Source: Candidatus Woesearchaeota archaeon (GTDB lineage: Archaea; Nanobdellota; Nanobdellia; Pacearchaeales; GW2011-AR1). From it: a DNA stretch of 57,929 nucleotides. Both the position numbers and the translations under genes were made by a program. Positions 26,296-34,684 of the stretch are shown piece by piece. The DNA is taken from NCBI GenBank assembly GCA_964558795.1, contig CAZLFJ010000001.1, forward strand, positions 6,175-64,103, given 5' to 3'. The notes below the pieces were generated by a model. That model had not been told where the DNA came from and did no database searches. It saw only the letters and a program-made list of their open reading frames with translations. The number at the start of each line of letters is the position of its first letter. Positions within the stretch are counted from its first letter, which is position 1.

Positions 26296-26303
26296 TATAA
26301 AAA
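26296..26303 (+). promoter_or_regulatory. TATA box driving a leaderless uORF upstream of the Bro-N gene
   Basis: tataaaaa starts 29 nt before ATG 26325. Confidence 0.4.
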
Positions 26304-26324
26304 GGGGAAAGATTTATAGTAGTT

Positions 26325-26375
26325 ATGGGAAAAAACGGGAAGACAAAGAAGATTTCTTTTTGGAGGAATAATTAA
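26325..26375 (+). CDS. 16-codon leaderless uORF (MGKNGKTKKISFWRNN)
   Basis: Starts exactly at -29 from the TATA. Runs across the GGAGG (26362-26366) of the Bro-N gene and stops 2 nt before ATG 26378. Confidence 0.3.
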   Translation: MGKNGKTKKISFWRNN

Positions 26376-26377
26376 CA

Positions 26378-27262
26378 ATGGCTGTTGATAAAAAAAACCA
26401 AGTAAGATTATTTGAAAAAACTAAAGTTAGAACTGTTTGGGATGAAAATAATCAAAAATGGTGGTTTTCAGTGTTAGATATTATAGGAATATTAACCGAC
26501 CAACCAGACTTTAAGAAAGTTCGTAATTATTGGAAATGGCTAAAAAATAAGCTAAAATCGGAGGGAAGCGAGTTGGTTAGTAATGCTAACCAACTGAAAC
26601 TACTTGCAGCAGATGGAAAATATTACGAAACAGATGTAATGGATACAGAGCAGATTTTAAGACTTATTCAGTCTATTCCTTCAAGAAAGGCAGAACCTTT
26701 TAAGATGTGGCTTGCAAAAGTGGGAAATGAGAGAATAGACGAATCTATTGACCCAGAACTTTCTATTGATAGAGCAATCCAGAATTATCAAGGATTGGGA
26801 TATAATGAAAATTGGATTAATCAAAGGATTAAATCTATTGAAGTTAGAAAAGCTTTAACTGATGAATGGGATAAAAGTGGGGTTAAAAAAGGTTTAGAAT
26901 ATGCAGAATTAACTGATTTAATGAGTAAAACTTGGAGCGGTATGACAACGAATGAATACAAAAAATTTAAAGATTTAAAGAAAGAAAATCTTAGAGACAA
27001 TATGACTAATACGGAGCTTGTTTTAAATATGCTTTCTGAAGTTGCAACAACAGATATTTCTTTAGTTCGTAATCCGGCATGTTTTGAAGAAAGTAAAAAA
27101 GTTGCAAAAGAAGGAGCTTTAACTGCAAAAGTTGCAAGAGAACAACTTGAAAACAGCACTGGTAAAAAAGTAATAAGTAAATCTAATGCTAAAACCTTTA
27201 GAGAATTAAAGAAAAAACAAGGGGAGTTGATACTAGGGGGTGAGAGAGATGGGAAGAATTAA
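26378..27262 (+). CDS. Bro-N domain protein with DinD-like C-terminal region
   Basis: FEKTKVRTVWDENNQKWWFSVLDIIGILT is the Bro-N signature. LRDNMTNTELVLNMLSEVATTDI resembles the DinD-type C-terminal half. Confidence 0.6.
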   Translation: MAVDKKNQVRLFEKTKVRTVWDENNQKWWFSVLDIIGILTDQPDFKKVRNYWKWLKNKLKSEGSELVSNANQLKLLAADGKYYETDVMDTEQILRLIQSIPSRKAEPFKMWLAKVGNERIDESIDPELSIDRAIQNYQGLGYNENWINQRIKSIEVRKALTDEWDKSGVKKGLEYAELTDLMSKTWSGMTTNEYKKFKDLKKENLRDNMTNTELVLNMLSEVATTDISLVRNPACFEESKKVAKEGALTAKVAREQLENSTGKKVISKSNAKTFRELKKKQGELILGGERDGKN

Positions 27263-27286
27263 AAGGGTGAAGAGGCAATAAACAAT

Positions 27287-27658
27287 ATGGCAAAAGACAC
27301 TGAAACAAAGCTTCATGAACTGAAACAGAAAATCAAAGGATTCTGTGATGCTAGAGACTGGGATCAATTCCACAACGCAAAAGAACTTGCAATTGCTCTT
27401 TCTATAGAGGCCTCAGAGCTTTTAGAGATCTTCAGATGGAAATCACCTCAAGAAGTAGATGAATTATTCAAAAACGAAAAGAAGAAAGAAGATATAGAAG
27501 ATGAAATGGCCGACGTTCTTTATTTCCTAGTTAGGATTGCTCAGTTATATGATTTAGATTTAACAGAGGCTTTAGAAAGGAAGATGGATAAAAACGACAA
27601 GAAATATCCCGTAGATAAGGCAAGAGGTTCAAATAAAAAATACAACGAGTTTGAATAA
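27287..27658 (+). CDS. MazG-like nucleoside-triphosphate pyrophosphohydrolase (DCTPP1-like)
   Basis: FCDARDWDQFHNAKELAIALSIEASELLEIFRW...EDEMADVLYFLVRIAQLYDLDL...KMDKNDKKYP. This is the all-alpha NTP-PPase E-x-x-E...E-x-x-D pattern. Confidence 0.75.
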   Translation: MAKDTETKLHELKQKIKGFCDARDWDQFHNAKELAIALSIEASELLEIFRWKSPQEVDELFKNEKKKEDIEDEMADVLYFLVRIAQLYDLDLTEALERKMDKNDKKYPVDKARGSNKKYNEFE

Positions 27659-29325
27659 TGAAAGAATTACAAATAAAAGAATTTCTATTTGGGGAAGAAA
27701 CTCCAGAAATTCTAAGTTTTAGTACTGAAAATGGAAAAATAAATTGGTCTGGAAACTGGCCCGTAGTATATATTCTATTAAATGAAGATGAAGCCTATAT
27801 TGGAGAGACATATAAAGTAAAAGAGAGACTAAAACAGCATTATGGAAATCCCGAAAGAAAATTGCTTAAAAAAGTATTTATTCTAATAGATGAAGAATCT
27901 AACAAATCCTACACTCTAGATCTTGAGGCATTTTTAATAAGATATATGTCTGCTGACGGGGTTTTTAAACTTCAGAATAGTAATAAGGGTCTAATAAATT
28001 ATGAATACTTTGGTAGGGAATCCTATAAAAAGAGATTTGAAAAAACAATTTGGCCGAAATTAAAAGAACTGCAACTTGCAAAAAGAGATTTGTTCTTAAT
28101 TCAAAACGATGATTTATTTAAATATAGTCCCTATACTCCCCTGGCATCTACACAACATGAAATTGTTACTAAAATCTTAAATGATCTTATAAATACATTC
28201 AATAGAAAGGTCTCTATAGTTGTTCGAGGAGGTCCAGGAACTGGAAAAACAGGTATTGGATCCTATTTGGTAAAGCTATTGACTTCTAAAGATGAAAGTT
28301 TTGAAGATGAAGAAACAAAACTTGAGCTGAGTAAAGTACAAAACAAAATTAGAAAAATAGGTTTTGTTATTCCCCAACAATCCTTGCGAAAAACTCTTAA
28401 AAGAGTCTTTAAAAAAATTAAAGGACTACATCCTGGGATGGTTTTGAGTCCAAATGATGTTGTCAAAGAGAAGTTTGATTTATTGATTGTTGATGAAGCA
28501 CACCGTTTAAGAAGAAGAAAAAACCTATCTACCTACAAACAATTTGATGATAATAACAGAAAACTTGGTTTGCCTAGAGATGCAACCGAATTAGATTGGA
28601 TATTGTTAAATAGTAAGAACAGAATATTTTTCTACGACCCGGAGCAAACTATTAAACCAACAGATATAGAAAATAAATACTTTTTGGACAGGATAAGCGG
28701 AGATTTATTTTTTGAACACAAATTAACTTCTCAATTTAGAGTAAAGGGTGGTGAGGACTATATAACCTATATAAAAGAAATACTTAACTCCCGATTAGAA
28801 AAAAAGAAGGAATTTGAAGAATACGACTTTAAGATTTTTGAAAATTTTTCAGAAATGAGGTTGGAAATAATAAAAAGAGATAAAGAGTTCCAACTGGCAA
28901 GAATTGTAGCAGGTTATGGTTGGAAATGGAAATCTAAAGGAGATAAAAATATTCCAGATATAGAAATTGAAGATGAAAAAATGGTATGGAATACTGAAAT
29001 TGTAGATTGGGTTAATAGCAAGAGATCCCTGGAGGAGGTTGGGTGTATTCACACAATACAAGGATATGACTTAAATTATGCAGGAGTAATATTTGGACCA
29101 GAGATTATATATGACCCTGAAGAGAAAAAAATAAAGATAATAAAAAATAATTATCATGATTTTAATGGAAAGAGAAGCATCAATTCTGAAGAGGAACTTG
29201 AAGAATATGTAAAAAATATTTATGGGGTCTTGCTCACTAGGGGGATGAAAGGAACATATGTTTATGCAGTTGATAAAAATCTTAGAGAATACCTAAAGAG
29301 GTTCATAAACTTGTTCAATCACTAA
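27658..29325 (+). CDS. GIY-YIG nuclease fused to a DUF2075/Schlafen-type SF1 ATPase
   Basis: N-terminus VVYILLNEDEAYIGETYKVKERLKQH (GIY-YIG). Then GGPGTGKT, LLIVDEAHRL, LTSQFRVKGGEDYITYI, ARIVAGYGWKW, GCIHTIQGYDLNYAGVIFG and VLLTRGMKGTYVY (DUF2075 blocks). TAATG overlap with the MazG gene. Confidence 0.75.
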   Translation: MKELQIKEFLFGEETPEILSFSTENGKINWSGNWPVVYILLNEDEAYIGETYKVKERLKQHYGNPERKLLKKVFILIDEESNKSYTLDLEAFLIRYMSADGVFKLQNSNKGLINYEYFGRESYKKRFEKTIWPKLKELQLAKRDLFLIQNDDLFKYSPYTPLASTQHEIVTKILNDLINTFNRKVSIVVRGGPGTGKTGIGSYLVKLLTSKDESFEDEETKLELSKVQNKIRKIGFVIPQQSLRKTLKRVFKKIKGLHPGMVLSPNDVVKEKFDLLIVDEAHRLRRRKNLSTYKQFDDNNRKLGLPRDATELDWILLNSKNRIFFYDPEQTIKPTDIENKYFLDRISGDLFFEHKLTSQFRVKGGEDYITYIKEILNSRLEKKKEFEEYDFKIFENFSEMRLEIIKRDKEFQLARIVAGYGWKWKSKGDKNIPDIEIEDEKMVWNTEIVDWVNSKRSLEEVGCIHTIQGYDLNYAGVIFGPEIIYDPEEKKIKIIKNNYHDFNGKRSINSEEELEEYVKNIYGVLLTRGMKGTYVYAVDKNLREYLKRFINLFNH

Positions 29326-29347
29326 AATAATTTTAAAAAATAAAAAA

Positions 29348-29365
29348 CTCCTTCTTTCGAAGGAG
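29348..29365 (+). terminator. Hairpin CTCCTT-ctttcg-AAGGAG after the DUF2075 gene
   Basis: Read directly. There is no long T-run, so the terminator role is uncertain. Confidence 0.25.
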
Positions 29366-29406
29366 CTAGTTTCTTAATCCTCGAATTTAACGATTTGGTA
29401 TTTCGT

Positions 29407-29538
29407 TCTACTCTCAATCTGCTCTTTCAAAACATAAATATTACAAAATTATAAAATTGAAAGCCAAATTGCTCTACTCGCAATCTGCTCTTTCAAAACA
29501 CGAATATTACAAAATTATAAAATTGAAAGCCAAATTGC
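29407..29538. repeat. Two abutting 66-bp direct repeats (63/66 identical) plus a degenerate start of a third
   Basis: Copy 1 (29407-29472): tctactctcaatctgctctttcaaaacataaatattacaaaattataaaattgaaagccaaattgc. Copy 2 (29473-29538) differs at 3 positions. Each unit holds an internal GCTCTTTCAA...TTGAAAGC inverted repeat. Confidence 0.85.
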
Positions 29539-29824
29539 TCGGACTCGCCCTCATATTATCTATTTCGTACTAAAAGTTAAGTATTTAGTAACTTTATATA
29601 CAAAATAGAAAACTTTTCCCAGCCCCCTCGGGCTGAGCAAAGAGGCTTTCAAGAAATAATTTTACAAATTAGCGAAAGAGCTCTTTGCGAAAAGAGAGTC
29701 ACAACACAACGAAGTTGTGCTAAAATATCCCCTCTTCTAAAGGAGGTTAGAGAGTTGAAATTATTCCTTCCTACTAACAGCCACCAAACGATTCCAAAAT
29801 CAAAGAAACCAAAACACTTATAAA

Positions 29825-29864
29825 TACTGATAAATCAATAATATTACTGAAATATCAATAGTAT
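29825..29864 (+). promoter_or_regulatory. Two tandem 20-bp direct repeats over the promoter of the wHTH-MNT gene (candidate operator)
   Basis: tactgataaatcaataatat / tactgaaatatcaatagtat (17/20 identical), ending 3 nt before ATG 29868. Confidence 0.4.
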
Positions 29865-29867
29865 ACA

Positions 29868-30518
29868 ATGACAAAAATAAAAAGAAAACAAAGACATGGA
29901 TTTGGCTCGATAGTTGGAGAAGAAAGGCTAACGATACTAGAAGGAACAATAATTGCCTCATTTTTTCCCGAAGCGGAAGAAACAACCATAAAAGAAATCC
30001 AAGATAGAACAGATTATTCTTACGAAAGAATAAACTCTGCTTTAAAATCACTAGCTAAAAAAGATATAGCGACTGAAAAACAAATAGGGAAAACATTGGT
30101 TTATTCCTTAGATTTGCATAATCTATACTCAAAAATAGGATTTAGCAACTACATGCTCGAAAGGGAAATAGAATTTATCAAAAAACATAAACTAATATTT
30201 AAATCAATTGAAGAAATATCAAAAGACATTTTTGGGATAATCATTCTATTTGGAAGTTATTCAAAAGGAAATGAAAAAAATAGTTCAGATATTGATTTAA
30301 TGGTTGTTTCGGAAAACAAACAGCTTGCAGAAGAAAAAATAAATGAGATAAAAATAAAAAGGGGATACGAAATTTCACTTGCCTTTATCAAAACTCTCGA
30401 GTTTCCTAAAATAAAGAAAGAAAATCCTGAGCTTTGGGCAGATTTAAAGCAATATGCAATTGTTTTTAATGGCGAAGATTCGTATTATTACTGGATGTAT
30501 CAAGATGCAAACAATTGA
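29868..30518 (+). CDS. wHTH-fused minimal nucleotidyltransferase (MNT, antitoxin-type)
   Basis: N-terminal wHTH-like TTIKEIQDRTDYSYERINSALKSLAKKDI. NTase core IILFGSYSKGNEKNSSDIDLMVV (GS-x-D-x-D). Confidence 0.65.
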   Translation: MTKIKRKQRHGFGSIVGEERLTILEGTIIASFFPEAEETTIKEIQDRTDYSYERINSALKSLAKKDIATEKQIGKTLVYSLDLHNLYSKIGFSNYMLEREIEFIKKHKLIFKSIEEISKDIFGIIILFGSYSKGNEKNSSDIDLMVVSENKQLAEEKINEIKIKRGYEISLAFIKTLEFPKIKKENPELWADLKQYAIVFNGEDSYYYWMYQDANN

Positions 30519-31020
30519 CTTTTACATAAGCAAAGGGCAACTGGTAAAAGATGACACAATCAAATCAAAGGCAAAAAGCTATTTGAACAAAGCAAGACAT
30601 AATTTAGAAATTTTAGATGCCCTAGATAAACTAAACATAAATAAACAAGCAAAAGAGATTTTAAAGATTTCACAAGATTTCGATTCTAGCGAATGGGTTG
30701 TTATTTCTGGATATTATGCGATGTATACTGCATCCCTGGCGCTTCTTGCAAAGGTGGGTTTTAGAAGTAAAAACCATACAGCAACATTACTCGTTTTAGA
30801 GGAATATTTTGTGAAAAAGAAACTTTTAGATCAGACTTCTTATTTAAAATTAAAAAATGCTTCATTCCAAAAAGAAGAGCTAGAGAAAATTTCAGAAGCA
30901 AGACATCAAAGAGAAATCGCCCAATATAGTATAACAAAACAAACAACAAAAGACATTGCACAAAAAATTAAAAAAGATACCTATGAATTCATAAACAAAG
31001 TAGAGTTAATATTAGAATAG
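30505..31020 (+). CDS. HEPN-domain protein (partner of the MNT)
   Basis: Start at MQTIDFYISK (14-nt overlap with the MNT gene). All-helical, with YYAMYTASLALL and SEARHQREIAQYS (PF05168-like R...Y block). Confidence 0.55.
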   Translation: MQTIDFYISKGQLVKDDTIKSKAKSYLNKARHNLEILDALDKLNINKQAKEILKISQDFDSSEWVVISGYYAMYTASLALLAKVGFRSKNHTATLLVLEEYFVKKKLLDQTSYLKLKNASFQKEELEKISEARHQREIAQYSITKQTTKDIAQKIKKDTYEFINKVELILE

Positions 31021-31024
31021 AATA

Positions 31025-31759
31025 CTAAAACCAACCAAGTTTTATCCTTTCAAGAACCCAATTAGACATTTCAACAGACCTATCATCTGCAGTTTTCAAG
31101 TTAGATGTACATAGGCCACAAGGAGTTAAAATCTTTACTGCGTCCTCTGGAGCCTCTTGAGTTCTTCTCTTTGCAATCTTCTTGGCAATATCTGAAAAGT
31201 TAGCTCTAAGGCCTCCTCCAGCCCCACAGCAGAGAGCATCAGCACGATTATGAGTCATCTCTTTTAGTTCTCCACCTAAAAGGGCAATAACTTTTCTAGG
31301 TTCATCATAGATATCCGAAAACCTTCCCAAGTGACAGGGATCATGATAGGTAACAATCTCCTTTGTAAGCTCCTTCTTCTGTCTTTTTCTACTAAGTCTC
31401 TCAAAAATCACATTGTAAGCATATTCAACTTCAATATCCCATCCGCGAATAAGTTTTGGATATTCATTCTTAAACATATTATAACAACCCGGACAAGGAG
31501 TAATTAGTTTATTCACATTATGTTCCTTGAAGATTTTTAAGCTCTTTTCTGCAAGTTTACGAGCATCTTTTTTATAGCCTGCATTGAAAACCGGACTTCC
31601 ACAACAAACCTCTTCAGGAATCATCACAAAATCAATTCCTAGTAAATTAAATATCTCCTTGTAATTCTCAAGTTCTTTCTCCATTCCAAACTTAATCATG
31701 CATCCTGGATAAAACAGAGTATTTGCTGTCAATTTCTTAAAAAACTTTAATATTCCCAT
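31025..31759 (-). CDS. CCG-domain Fe-S oxidoreductase subunit (HdrB/GlpC/LutA-like)
   Basis: Two cysteine-rich CCG-type repeats: YPGC...CCGSPV...TPCPGC and YHDPCHLGR...CCGAGGG...TPCGLC. Confidence 0.65.
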   Translation of the reverse strand: MGILKFFKKLTANTLFYPGCMIKFGMEKELENYKEIFNLLGIDFVMIPEEVCCGSPVFNAGYKKDARKLAEKSLKIFKEHNVNKLITPCPGCYNMFKNEYPKLIRGWDIEVEYAYNVIFERLSRKRQKKELTKEIVTYHDPCHLGRFSDIYDEPRKVIALLGGELKEMTHNRADALCCGAGGGLRANFSDIAKKIAKRRTQEAPEDAVKILTPCGLCTSNLKTADDRSVEMSNWVLERIKLGWF

Positions 31760-31861
31760 GTAAAAATATAGAAAAGAAGGAATATAAAGTTTTCGGAGTT
31801 AAAGAGTAATTCTTTAGACCTTAAAGATAACTTATAAAAAGGGGTTTTTTATAGAGATTTT

Positions 31862-32596
31862 ATGAAAAACCTAGCTCAAGTTACATTATTTATAGTTATT
31901 GCAATTATGGTAATTGGAGCGATTGTAGGAACCTTTATTTTTAGGAACAAAATTTTTTCAGAGCAAGAATATCCTTCAGATATCTTAGAAGTACAAATTT
32001 TTGTTGAAAATTGTTTGAGAACAACAGCCAAAAATTCAGTGGTTAGAATTGGAGAAAGGGGAGGATATTTTCTTATATTTAATGAGCCTTCAATAGATCG
32101 AAGAATTCCTTACTATTTAAAAGGAACACAAAAGACAATCCCAAGCAAACAAGAGATTGAATTAAATCTTGCCGGATTTGTAAGAGAAGAGTTGAGCTTC
32201 TGTATATTAAATTTCAAAGAATTCGAAGAAAATTTTATAATTGAACATTCTTTAGAAAAATCAGAAACGAAGATATTTGAAGATTCAGTCATATTCACAT
32301 TGAATTATCCCATTAGCATAAATAAGAAAGAAATAGAAACAATATACTACTTAAATAATTTTCAGGTAGATATTTCGATAAGTTTGGATAAGGTATATAA
32401 TATAGCTCAAGAAATAATTGATGAGCAAGCAGAACATCCAGAAAGTATTTGCCTAAGTTGTTTATTTGATTTTGGAAAAGAAAATAAAGTCTATATAGAC
32501 TTGATTGATTATGAGAACTCAACAGTTTTTACAATTATAGATAATAATTCGCAAATAAAAGGAGAAAGTTACAAATGGAACTTTGCAATAGCTTAA
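31862..32596 (+). CDS. Signal-anchored hypothetical protein
   Basis: N-terminal TM LAQVTLFIVIAIMVIGAIVGTFIF. tataaaaa at 31833-31840 lies at -29. Confidence 0.5.
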   Translation: MKNLAQVTLFIVIAIMVIGAIVGTFIFRNKIFSEQEYPSDILEVQIFVENCLRTTAKNSVVRIGERGGYFLIFNEPSIDRRIPYYLKGTQKTIPSKQEIELNLAGFVREELSFCILNFKEFEENFIIEHSLEKSETKIFEDSVIFTLNYPISINKKEIETIYYLNNFQVDISISLDKVYNIAQEIIDEQAEHPESICLSCLFDFGKENKVYIDLIDYENSTVFTIIDNNSQIKGESYKWNFAIA

Positions 32597-34602
32597 AGAA
32601 GATTTTCTTGTTTGTGATTGTAGCTTTATTTTTTATTAACCTCAGTTTTGCAGAATTGCAAAAAACAGATAATATTTTGAAGGTTGAAGAGGGAGGAATC
32701 ACAACATTAACATTTCAGCAAAGCGATCAAATAGAAATTGTTTCAGTATCTAATAGGAATTATGGAAGTGCAAAACCAGATTCTTTTATTAAAATTTTTA
32801 ATGAGACTATACTAGAAGCAGATTTAATTGCGTCTAAAGAAACTTCGTGGACTTTCGGAAACGATACAATAAAAGTTCAAGAAGGAACAAGAGTTCTTTA
32901 TAAATATGGAAAAGTGGAGGTTATAGCTAAAAAGGGAGATATTATAAGATTAGATAATCCCTATTCAAATGAAGCGGAAACTATTAGTTTTGAAAAAGAC
33001 GGTAAGATATCAATTCAAGATGGATTTATAGAGGGTAAAAATTTAAATTTTAGCGATATTTCTATTCAGGGAATTGCTAGAGTAAGAACTATTGGAAAAA
33101 TTAGGAATATAATCCCTCTGGATGGAGAAGTTATAGCCATATGGAAATCAAAAAAACTTGAAATAAGGACTGAAGAATCAATATTTCTTAGCGAAGAGAT
33201 CGATTTAGAAATAAAACATGAAAATAATATCTTGGCAGGTGAAAAAGAGCTCTCTCTTGGCGGATCAAACTTTGAAGTAAAATTTCTGGAAGGGAATATT
33301 TATGCAACAATAGAGCCCCTAGATCATTTTGTAGTTAGAGCAAAAGATAATTGTAAATTTATGATTGAAGATCGAACTGATGAGGAATTAATACCCAAAG
33401 CAATGATTTCTGGAGGTTTTGAAATAGAACAAAATGGAAAAACTATTTTTTCAGATAAGGGGAAGATTATGCAAAAAACGCATTGGTTTAGTAATGCAGA
33501 TAAACAGACTACACCCCTAGAGTTATTAGTTGAAGAAAATGGAGTAGTATCGAATAAAAAATATTTAATAAATAATGCTCGAGGCATTGCCGTTGCAGAT
33601 ATTAATTCAGAGAGAGGATTAACAGATAAAAAGTATGGAGATTCTATATACCATGAAACCTCTTCCATATTCCTAATGGACAATATTCCAACAGTAGAAG
33701 CATTTGAAAGAATAACTGGTGCAAAACTTGAACTGGAAGGTATAGATTCAGAATTATTAACAAAAAGACCAGAAGTACTAAGGAGGTTAATAGATCATTA
33801 TAACACTCTTTCAGAATCAGCAAGGGAAAATCCAATGAAGATTATATTGACTAATAAATTAATGCAAACTGATGCAGCTGGACAATATGACCCTATAACT
33901 GGCGAAATTTTTATAGATAAAGAGTATATAGAAGACCCTTCTAAACAAGAATATATCTCAAATATATTTTTTCATGAAGTAGCCCATAAGGAAGAACACT
34001 TAACTCTGGCAGATAAAGACTCAAGCATAATTGGAAGAATAATAAACAAAAATAATATTTATGAAGTTAGGAGAGATATGGGAGATCACTATGATTTTGA
34101 AAAAATTTCAGATGAAAGAAGTAGACTTCAATATGAGATGGTAAACAAATATGGAAATAAGGCAGGAGATTGGTGGTTTGCTCATAATCAGATCAGTTCA
34201 GAAGAAATCAATCCAGAAGATAAAATTAAGGTAATCGAAATAAATGCAAAATATTGGGAGTTGAGAGAAAAGTTTGAAGAACAATCTGAATTTTTTGAGT
34301 CATCTAAATTAACAGATGAATGGAAAGAATTTGTAAAAGAAGATATGTATTTGGGCCTTGATGAGTATAAAATTTATTCAAAAAGAACTGCCCTCGAAAG
34401 AGGAGTAGTAAGAAATTATGGTTTGGTAAATATAAAAGAAGATGTGGCCACATTTGTAGAAATAATAAAGACAAACCCTGGATTTTTTAAGAAGAACAAA
34501 ATTTTTGAGAGAGAAAATGCCTCAGTATTTAAAGATAAGATAAATATATTGAGAAAATATAACTTAATCAGCGAAGAAGAATATGCCTCCATATTGTACT
34601 AA
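32575..34602 (+). CDS. Large secreted protein with an HExxH motif
   Basis: Signal-like N-terminus KIFLFVIVALFFINLSFA. FFHEVAHKEEH in the C-terminal third. 22-nt overlap with the preceding gene. Confidence 0.5.
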   Translation: MELCNSLKKIFLFVIVALFFINLSFAELQKTDNILKVEEGGITTLTFQQSDQIEIVSVSNRNYGSAKPDSFIKIFNETILEADLIASKETSWTFGNDTIKVQEGTRVLYKYGKVEVIAKKGDIIRLDNPYSNEAETISFEKDGKISIQDGFIEGKNLNFSDISIQGIARVRTIGKIRNIIPLDGEVIAIWKSKKLEIRTEESIFLSEEIDLEIKHENNILAGEKELSLGGSNFEVKFLEGNIYATIEPLDHFVVRAKDNCKFMIEDRTDEELIPKAMISGGFEIEQNGKTIFSDKGKIMQKTHWFSNADKQTTPLELLVEENGVVSNKKYLINNARGIAVADINSERGLTDKKYGDSIYHETSSIFLMDNIPTVEAFERITGAKLELEGIDSELLTKRPEVLRRLIDHYNTLSESARENPMKIILTNKLMQTDAAGQYDPITGEIFIDKEYIEDPSKQEYISNIFFHEVAHKEEHLTLADKDSSIIGRIINKNNIYEVRRDMGDHYDFEKISDERSRLQYEMVNKYGNKAGDWWFAHNQISSEEINPEDKIKVIEINAKYWELREKFEEQSEFFESSKLTDEWKEFVKEDMYLGLDEYKIYSKRTALERGVVRNYGLVNIKEDVATFVEIIKTNPGFFKKNKIFERENASVFKDKINILRKYNLISEEEYASILY

Positions 34603-34684
34603 AGAAATGCAGAATAATTCTTCTTTTTTCATACAATTTGGGGTAATTTTTTGAAGATTACAAAATAATTTTTTCTATAAAAAC

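Larger units (their letters stand above)
19573..31020. other. Accessory island with defence-like and mobile-element-like content
   Basis: Contiguous block of a CARF-wHTH regulator, mini-protein operon, UvrD-nuclease, Bro-N, MazG, GIY-YIG-DUF2075, tandem repeats and an MNT/HEPN pair. Flanked by ordinary metabolic or hypothetical genes. No integrase or att duplication recognised. Confidence 0.45.

Noticed and set aside
20329-29325. Calling the island an integrated provirus or plasmid outright
   Set aside because: The mini-ORFs, Zn ribbons, MCM-N fragment and Bro-N are suggestive. However, I found no integrase, capsid, terminase or Rep gene, no flanking direct repeats and no tRNA target. It is kept only as an alternative hypothesis.
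29407-29538. Possible CRISPR array
   Set aside because: The 66-bp units abut directly with no spacers. There are only two full copies, the units are AT-rich and far longer than CRISPR repeats, and no cas genes lie nearby. Treated as a tandem repeat or iteron instead.
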